DNA of 31,045 bases, taken from contig NW_021832347.1 of assembly GCF_006345805.1 (NCBI RefSeq), positions 1-31,045 of the forward strand, written 5' to 3'. A program made the position numbers and the translations under genes. The notes beneath the pieces were generated by a model that saw only the letters and a program-made list of their open reading frames with translations, had not been told where the DNA came from and searched no databases. Origin of the DNA: Octopus sinensis (lineage: Eukaryota). Below, in pieces: positions 22,616-31,045 of the stretch; position 1 is the first letter of the stretch, and the number at the start of each line of letters is the position of its first letter.

Positions 22616-23714
22616 TACACAATATGTGCGCGCGCGCGTGTATTGCAAAATTACATTATTATATTATTTTAGAAATAACTTTAAAATTCCATGAATGATT
22701 TAATATAAGAAATCGAAGGTGCATACATATTCAAGCTAAAACCTAAGTAATTCCGAACATTACTTGTTTTGTTTTATTTTGTTTTGCCTATTTAGCTTTA
22801 TTTATTTGGCTTTTTTTTTCTTCTTCTTCTTCTTCTTTTTCAACAGTTTACTTCTAGCAGCAGAACTGGATGTCTGAACTACATGCTCCATTATCTGGCA
22901 GCCTGCCACTGAGCCGTGCAGTACTCTTCTGATTAAGTTATTATCGTTGTCTCGAATTGAAAAATTTCCCATTAGTGAAGCGTAAATCTCTTTCGCTAAC
23001 CAATTCTGAGAAACCAGATGTGATCTCAAGTGAGTTTAACCTGAAATTCGTGACCAATAGCTGGCGCCAGCATCGCTGCAACAGTCTCTATCATTCCTAT
23101 CTGCATCATTTAAGGTTATGTAATTGTGTCTGTTCGTTTCAGTTGCGGTTGTGTCAAAACTGCAATTTGATGAATTAAGAAGTAAATAAATATAGTAATC
23201 TTCAGAGTTTCAGCGTTATGTGTATTTCTAACTATAAACGACATTTGCCTCTGATGCGTGATAATAGACTATACCGTCATTTTGATTTCTTCAGAGTCTA
23301 TCGCGTATAAAATGCTGATATGTAACGTAATTCGCTTATTTATTATATGAATATATATAAGGTTTATGCAAATTACATTTAAGAATAGAAGTTAAAGAAA
23401 CATTAAAATATTTAAAGTTGCATTATGAAATGAAAAGAAAATAACAGGCACGCTGTTATTAATGTGATGTCATTGATTATCATTAAGATCATTATTAGTT
23501 TCGAAATAGTAAAATATATGCAAATACAAAGACATTTGCTGTCAAATCAATTTTCAGCTTCACTAACATATTTTCCCTTTACGGCTTTCATTCCCTGACC
23601 CGGTTTTGCCTTTCTCCTAAAAGTAGGAAAAGAAATAGCCCTTTTGTTACCTTCCATAATTCGCTAACAAACAGCAAAATTCTATAAATATACAATTGAT
23701 CACTTTCATCATTC

Positions 23715-23815
23715 AGGTGTTGGTAAATAATTATTATTTCAGGAATGGGGTCGATTTAATCAGCTATGGCCTTCATCAAAACTTACGGAATTGTGCCCAA
23801 GTTAGAAATTTTAAT
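23715..23815 (+). mobile_element. Degenerate SINE family B 3' fragment
   Basis: GGTAAATAA...TGGGGTCGATTTAATC...TTGTGCCCAAGTTAGAAA resembles the old-subfamily B tail. Confidence 0.5.
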
Positions 23816-24199
23816 TTGTGGTTTGCCAGCATTGCACCATCTTGAATCCTTTTAAAATTTCTTACAATGTCCAACAGTAATGACACAATAGAGACCTTCA
23901 CATCATTTAAACTTCATTCTTTTTCAACGCTGAATAGTTCTGCGTAAGAAGCAGAGTACATCAGAACAATTTTCCACATTTAAGTCTACTCTAGGGCAAA
24001 TTACCAATCTTTCGTTAATTATGGAACAATTTATCACTCTTTAGTCAGTTATAGAAATGTATTCAGAAATGAGAAGGTTACTTGTCTAAATTGTTTGCCT
24101 GTGACATACATTCCGTTCGTTCTCTGTCCTTAGTTAGCTTCATTTGCCTTTAATATCCTAGGAAATTAATACTACCTTCAGATAATGTGTTCAAAGTGT

Positions 24200-24670
24200 T
24201 TGGATGGCGCCTTCAACGGCTACTGCCTTCCCACAATCAGTGTCATCTGTCGTTAGTATGCCGATAGGGCAATCATGTCTTGAATGCAGAAGCAGAAGCA
24301 AGGTCGTGAAGTTGGATGTTGTGTGGGAAACAACACATACCAGACAGATTGAAGGAGTCTGTCCAAGAAAAGATAAGCGAGTGCTTAAGAGTAAAGGATC
24401 GGTCAAGCCAGACTATCTCGGCAGTTAGATGGACTTCGTCGTTGATTTCCAAAGTTCATCTAGCCTCCGAGGCCTAACTGTATATATTATATCGGACAAA
24501 GCTTCGAGGTCTATTAGCCTTCCCATGGAAATCTGCAACCACGAGTAGACGAATACTAGAGATGACCTTCACGTACAGCATCAAGTAGATAATGGGGAAA
24601 AGAAATTTAAGTGTGTGCCGTATATGCAAATCGTGTAGCTATATTAGCAGACACATTCCATTATCTGATA
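24200..24670 (+). mobile_element. Possible decayed LINE ORF C-terminal region (R4/Dong- or RTEX-like zinc finger)
   Basis: GC-elevated island. One frame gives TFTYSIK*IMGKRNLSVCRICKSCSYISRHIPLSD, i.e. CX2CX8H with the last C lost (24616-24669). Similarity judged by eye only. Confidence 0.3.
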
Positions 24671-25149
24671 CTAATGTATTTCTATAACTGGCTAAAGAGT
24701 GATAACTAAAACTTATAACCAACATCTAAGCGGTCCTTAAAGTGGGGAAAACTATAAGTTTTAGTACATCACCGTTATCATTGTAAACTCGGGTGAGTCA
24801 CGAACACAAGCATTTCCTGTGTTCCATATATTTTTCAGGTTGCTATTATTTCTCTCTGCCCTCATATTTAAGAGGAACAATTTGTTTTGTTAGACTTGGT
24901 ATGATTATGAAAACGCCACAGAGGCCTATGCACATCTGGCCAAATGTTCCTTTCATTTCTTGTATGTTGATGATGATTCTTTCAAAATGAAACTTCACTG
25001 ACTGTCTGTTACTTTGTACGTAAAACCTGTCTGTCGGGATCTGTCAGAGAGACACGAAGGATTATTCTTAGTCAGAAGAGTCGATCAATGGAGAAACTTA
25101 AATGTGGGGCACTTCGCCGGAATATCTGACGCCTGTTGTATCAAGCATG

Positions 25150-25993
25150 AATTTAAGCAATTAGCAAAAGAACACAGCCAGTAGTTTTTACCCAACAAGA
25201 TTTTCTCTGAATCAGCAGAGTGCTGATCAAATATTGCTGTAAAGGAATCCTTCCCCAAATACAGCTGCCGAAACCAAATCTGTACTGCTTAACGCTTTGA
25301 CACAATCATGCACAACAGTCATCAAAACCAAGGACCTGTGTGCTGAAACAAAACTCCTTTTGTCAGTTTTTCTGGGTGTTTGGTCTTGATAGCCTTTTAT
25401 AACTACATCAGCAAATTGGCATGGTATTCCCCATTGATAGCGTGGCACTTTTGAATACAGTCAATAAACACAATGTTTTGGGCATCTCAAACAACATGGT
25501 TCATCACCTTCCTCGCAGATAAAACGAAATTGGCCTTCTTTGGAGCAGGTAAGGCTGTTTGATTTCTAGTCCATCGCTTGTTATCCATCGCCTTGTGGTG
25601 AACACGATCAATGTTTTTCTCAGTGATGGCAGCTGCAGGATGTCCAAACTTTTGGTAATCTTCCTCCTCCTAAATTCAGCTGCCAAACTTTGCACATCTG
25701 AGAAAGCTGGGGCGTCATCCCTTAATGTAACAACCACGTCAGCATGAATATCCTTGGAGGCTAAACTCTTTTCTGTAGATACATCAAAACACCACGATGC
25801 CAAAATTCGTTCATTTTCAAGAGAACTCACAACTTGTTACATCTGAAGTCTTCTTTGAATAGTCAGGTGTCAGTTTAGCTGGAAAGAAACAATACAGCAA
25901 TTAATAAGGGCTGAAATTAACGCATGCAAGACTTCACAGCTCTAGCCTCGCTCCTTCATACTCAGCCTATGAACTTTTCAGCCGACATCCGTG
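25150..25993 (-). mobile_element. Decayed mariner-family transposon with transposase pseudogene
   Basis: From ATG 25814 (minus): MNEFWHRGVLMYLQK / SKDIHADVVVTLRDDAPAFSDVQSLAAEFRR / GHPAAAITEKNIDRVH / PAPKKANFVLSARKVM / IVFIDCIQKCHAINGEYHANLL / AIKTKHPEKLTKGVLF. TIR-like end TCAGCCTATGAACTTTTCAGCC...TA at 25962-25995. The left boundary is approximate. Confidence 0.9.
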
Positions 25994-26230
25994 TATCTCT
26001 CTCAAAATGCTTGCAGCCTATCAATAACTTCCTTGTTATTACCAGCATTGTTATTCTTATTATTTATTTTAGGAACAATAACAAGTTTTGTGTTTGTGAA
26101 ATTAGACACTAAAACATTTATGTACAACTGTGTTTCGTGTGTGTGTGAGTATGGACATATATGTGTATGGGGAGGGGGGAGATGGGGGTGTATACACATA
26201 TATATGTATATCCATTCGTATATATATACA

Positions 26231-26271
<41 letters not shown>

Positions 26272-26640
26272 GTATATATGTATGTATGTATGTATGCATT
26301 AATGTATATATGTACGCCTTCATGTACGTATTAGCAATAGTGAAGATGATTCGCTAGCACGGATAATTCTCTATTTTATCTTATTTTCAACGAAAGAATG
26401 AATAAGAATGGAAGAAAGAATCACAATTCATTAAAATAATCATAAAAAGCATAAGAAAAAAAACACCAACAATCATAAGTAACAAAAAATACTGAATAAT
26501 CAAATTTTTTAAATACGCATATATACATATACATACATATATACATATATATATACATATATATATATAATATATATATATATAATATATATAATATATA
26601 TAGATATTATATATATAATATATATAATATATATATGTAT

Positions 26641-26695
<55 letters not shown>

Positions 26696-27088
26696 ATAGA
26701 TTCAAAGAAAAACAGCAGGAAGGAAAGAGACAAAAACAAGAGTAAATTAGATGAAAAATGTTGAACTATGTGATATCATATTTAACAGACAGCGGCAGTA
26801 AACAGTCGAGATAAATGCAGTTCGTTTATAGATTTATTTTGCTAATAAAATCAGCAGCATAAAGTTTATAGAGCCAAAAAGTGAAGCGAATAAAGCGTGA
26901 TTAAAGATACAAATTAGGTTTTTGTGGTCATGTAATAACAAACGGAAGAATAGCGAGAGTTTGGCGCCATTTCCCTTCTCTCTGAAAATATAATTCGATA
27001 TTTCAGTAACCTATTATTTCAGACCAGGGAAGACTGAAGAGCGGTGAGAATACAGAGAATATACACTCGTATGTATATATGCATGTGT

Positions 27089-27216
27089 TATGTATGTATG
27101 TATGTATGTATGTATGTATGTATGTATGTATGTATGTATGTATGTATGTATGTATGTATGTATGTATGTATGTATGCATGTATGTATGTATGTATGTATG
27201 TATGTATGTATGTATG
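27089..27216 (+). repeat. (TATG)n microsatellite
   Basis: Direct reading. Confidence 0.97.
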
Positions 27217-27560
27217 TTTGTGTGCATGTATTGTATGTATATGTGTATGTGTAAACAAGTATATGGATATGTGCATATATGTGTATGTATATATTGATAT
27301 ATGTTGTATGTGTGTGCGCGCGTGTGTGTACAATTATATACGTTTGTTAAAGTACATGATAGTACGTAAAATGATGTGGATATACATCAGTGCGTGCATG
27401 TGTATGTGTTTGTGTATGGAGAAGTATGGATGGCTGGGTGTGTAAATCTCTCCGGCAAAATTTAGATATTCTTAAGTCAAAAAGTTTACTACTTTGGATA
27501 ATATAAAACAACTCCCCTCTCAAACAAGCGTGCGCTGGAAGTATAGTGTATGCATACGTA

Positions 27561-27760
<200 letters not shown>

Positions 27761-27781
27761 TGAAAAACAAAACCCGTCAAA

Positions 27782-28082
27782 GGGGAGGTACTCTTGAGAG
27801 TCAACGGCCATCCAATAAATGTCTTAAGGATGTATCATGTGCGGGGACATAGAAATAATCGGACTGAATACCCGATCGCGCGGTTAAACCATTGGGAGTG
27901 AAGGACTCCTAGCCTTTGTTAGGGCATCCTCGGATTATGGCTGCTGTTGCTTAGTGAGTGGGATTGACACAGTGCACAACCTTTTCTCACTTAAAAAAAT
28001 TTTCATGCACAGGCATTGCACGATAACAACATTGATTAAGCTTCGTTCTATGGCCATACTCGATAACGAGGGGGCAGCCACC
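27782..28082 (+). mobile_element. Unclassified ~300-bp GC-elevated element with an RTE-like terminal hairpin
   Basis: Sharp composition boundaries between TA tracts, several hairpins, and the end GGCCATA-CTCG-ATAA-CGAG-GGGGCAGCCA. No tRNA A/B boxes seen. Confidence 0.5.
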
Positions 28083-28278
28083 ATATATATATATATAAAA
28101 TAAGAAAATGGAGGAATAGATTTCTATCAATCATCAACTACTAGATAATACCAGTTCATATAATTTATTAACTAATTATTTAGGAACATCCAGTTCAAAC
28201 AGAATAATACAGAATAAAACAGTACGCATCAATGAGTAAGATAATACCATAAGAACAATACATATAAATATAAAATGG

Positions 28279-28404
28279 ATCTTACAGCTGTTTCAGCCTG
28301 TAGATAAAAGTATCTCATTATGCTCATATTAGTCAAATGTATTAAGGTAATATGCGGTTATAAATGAGTTACTTATATATATATCTCAAGGCTTCGTCAG
28401 AGAT
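28279..28404 (-). ncRNA. Type I hammerhead ribozyme, intact core, extended stem II
   Basis: Minus strand: ATCT (stem I), CTGACGA, AGCCT...89 nt...AGGCT (stem II), GAAA, CAGCTG (palindromic stem III), TA, AGAT (stem I'). Confidence 0.85.
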
Positions 28405-28664
28405 TATAAAGTACAATTATAGAGGTATAAAATGAAGATATAAAGTGAAAATATGAATATTAGAGAAGGTACACATATACAAGAATAAGTATATATACAT
28501 ATATACAAATATATATAAGTGTATATACACCTGCATATACATATATATAAGTATATACATAATAATATACATACACATAAGGTTACAGATAATCATATGT
28601 ATATGTTTATGTATGTATTATATATATACATATGGACATTCTGAATGTCTATAAGATATATATA

Positions 28665-28721
<57 letters not shown>

Positions 28722-28851
28722 TATACTACAAATATGCATGCACATTGAAGTGTAGGTAGGTATATGTATTTGTATATTTATGTATATGTATGTATATGTA
28801 TAAGTATTATATGTGTGTGTATTTATATTTATAACTTATGTACTTTCTAAA

Positions 28852-28975
28852 ATCTGTGACGAAGACTAGAGAAACACACAAGTACCTCAATTTCATCCAC
28901 TAATTACTTCAGTCTACTGCAGGGATAAATGTAGAATGAGGTATCTTTACCTCTTCGCTGAAACAGATGTAAGAT
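28852..28975 (+). ncRNA. Diverged hammerhead copy, inverted relative to 28279-28404
   Basis: ATCT-GTGACGA-AG...CT-GAAA-CAGATG-TA-AGAT. The stem II insert is homologous to that of the minus copy (AAGTACCTCAATTT / AATGAGGTATCTTTACCT). Confidence 0.75.
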
Positions 28976-29177
28976 ATTATCCCGATTTCTATTCCTGTAT
29001 GCTATATATTTTAATAGTTACTGATATCTTTATATATTATATATGTAAAGCATAATATGTTATACATGTATGTATATTGTTACAATTGTCCTTTTAGTAA
29101 ATAAATATATAAATTAACATAATATAAAGTCTAAAAGTTCATGAAAACCACCTATTGATCCCTCCATTTTCTTTTTG

Positions 29178-29195
29178 CTCCCTCTCTCTCCCCCC

Positions 29196-29228
<33 letters not shown>

Positions 29229-29607
29229 ATATATATATATATAAACATGCATATATATATATATATATATATTATATATAGATATACATATCTATATGTA
29301 TATGTAAATATACATATGTATATACACACATGTATGTATATTTATATATTTATACATATATATACACACACCCATATATGTATATACATACATTACAATA
29401 CGTATATAAATATGTTGAGTGACAGAGAACAATCAAAATCATCAGTGAAATACGCAACAGTGCTTACCCCACTCGCTGAAACCGATATAAATATGCATAC
29501 ATACGTGTGTATATGCGTGTGTATATCGATAGGTATAGTTATAAATGTATGTGTATGCTCATACACATACGTACATACACACACACACACACATATATAT
29601 ACCTATG

Positions 29608-29646
<39 letters not shown>

Positions 29647-30063
29647 ATGTGTGTGCGCACGTGTGTGTTCGCGTGTGTGTATGTGTATTGCTATTAATTG
29701 TACTGGAGCCATTCTAAGTTTAGCTTCATTAAGTTCTATTCTTCGTTTCTCTCTTTCAACTAATATCATCTTACAACAACCGTATCATCACTACAATATC
29801 TCGTCATATCTTTTCTATTCTGCCTCACCTGAATATTATCACGTAAGTTGAATGGCAAATGTAGTTAGTAGAGAAAGGAAGACTTTTATCAAGTGTAAAA
29901 ACACCACTAATTCGATATCTTATTTCAATGATGTTAGGTAAAAATTAGGTAGATGTATTGGTAGATGTTAAAATAGATACTAATAGATAGACACATACTT
30001 ACACAGATGCCTTAACAAACACATATAATGCATATAAATGTAGTATAGAATATGTAATATATG

Positions 30064-30161
<98 letters not shown>

Positions 30162-30394
30162 CTTACATATTATTATATTCTTTTATTACATACACTTACC
30201 AGTACACAGATATAGTTCAATCACACACATAAATGATATATATTTTATTGTGATATTTACATATATGTTTATCAAGCAAGGATATAATATTTATGTACCT
30301 TATGTATGTATGTGTGCATATATATGTATAATGATTAAAAGTATATATATGAATCTATATATAATGTATATATACACATATATATATGCATACA

Positions 30395-30426
<32 letters not shown>

Positions 30427-30663
30427 CGAGTATATATATATATATATAAATATAGTTACAAATTGAGATAGGGGTTGTAAATGCAACCCTCCATGGGATA
30501 ATATACATCCATATACTGCTACTGATTTGTTCTGCTTTTTATATTTAACCCTACAGTCTCTTATGTGGTGGTTTAATAAATTATGTGATTGAGTATCTGG
30601 TAATTGATATTTGATTTAGATGTATTTCTCCATTTTCTTATCTTGTATATATAATATATATAC

Positions 30664-30758
<95 letters not shown>

Positions 30759-30770
30759 GCACACACTCAT
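29178..30770. repeat. Compound (TA)n/(TG)n microsatellite field
   Basis: Direct reading. It accounts for the YI/CV-rich ORFs in this region. Confidence 0.9.
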
Positions 30771-30823
30771 ACAAAGAGGAAGTCGTAGGGATTTTAAGAC
30801 TTGAAGTTTTCAACCACTATGTA

Positions 30824-30973
30824 TCGTTCTAAAGATTCGTCTATTAGTTTCCGCATCATCGTACCAGAACCCTTCTCTGTATATATACATTTGTATATGC
30901 ATAGTTTATGGGTGTTAATATTGATGTAACATCTATCATATAATTATCACGAATCTGAAACAGCCGTAAACGA
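30824..30973 (+). ncRNA. Degenerate hammerhead-ribozyme-like motif
   Basis: TCGTT/AACGA (stem I), AGATTCGT/ACGAATCT (perfect 8-bp stem II), GAAA-CAGCCG-TA. The CUGANGA box is reduced to CTAA. AATAAA follows. Confidence 0.65.
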
Positions 30974-31024
30974 ATGGAATAAATCTCTACTCTTTCACTT
31001 CACTTCTTCTCTATCTTTTTATTA

Positions 31025-31045
31025 TATTTCTTTATTGCCCACCAG
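31025..31045 (-). mobile_element. Tail of another SINE family B copy, cut by the window edge
   Basis: TATTTCTTTATTGCCCACCAG matches TATTTCTTTATTACCCACAAG at 17002. Confidence 0.7.

Noticed and set aside
24624-24631. Third ATGCAAAT octamer
   Set aside because: It falls within the ICK codons of the putative LINE zinc-finger remnant and is likely coincidental.
30990-31045. Pyrimidine tract ending in CAG at the window end, resembling a splice acceptor
   Set aside because: The last 21 nt match the reverse-strand SINE B tail, which is the simpler explanation. An acceptor cannot be tested without downstream sequence.

Overview
AT-rich eukaryotic non-coding DNA (intron or intergenic), dense in microsatellites: (TA)n, (TG)n, (ATCT)n, (ATAC)n. 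It contains at least four tRNA-headed SINE families. The repeat repertoire is the one I recall from octopus genomes; that assignment is recollection, not a search result. No intact host protein-coding gene is visible, and nearly all listed ORFs are microsatellite translations. Recognisable elements: a decayed Tc1 transposon with DD36E spacing nested in a SINE (3572-4533), a decayed mariner (~25150-25993), an RTE LINE 3' fragment, a non-autonomous Helitron, and two fold-back palindromes. The two most interesting observations are (1) a ~1.6 kb TSD-flanked retroelement carrying only a Gag-like zinc-knuckle ORF1 with no RT/endonuclease ORF (20774-22408, HAL1-like), and (2) six dispersed type I hammerhead-ribozyme-like motifs of the Penelope type, most with a very long stem II. 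One of these (28279-28404, minus strand) has an intact catalytic core.
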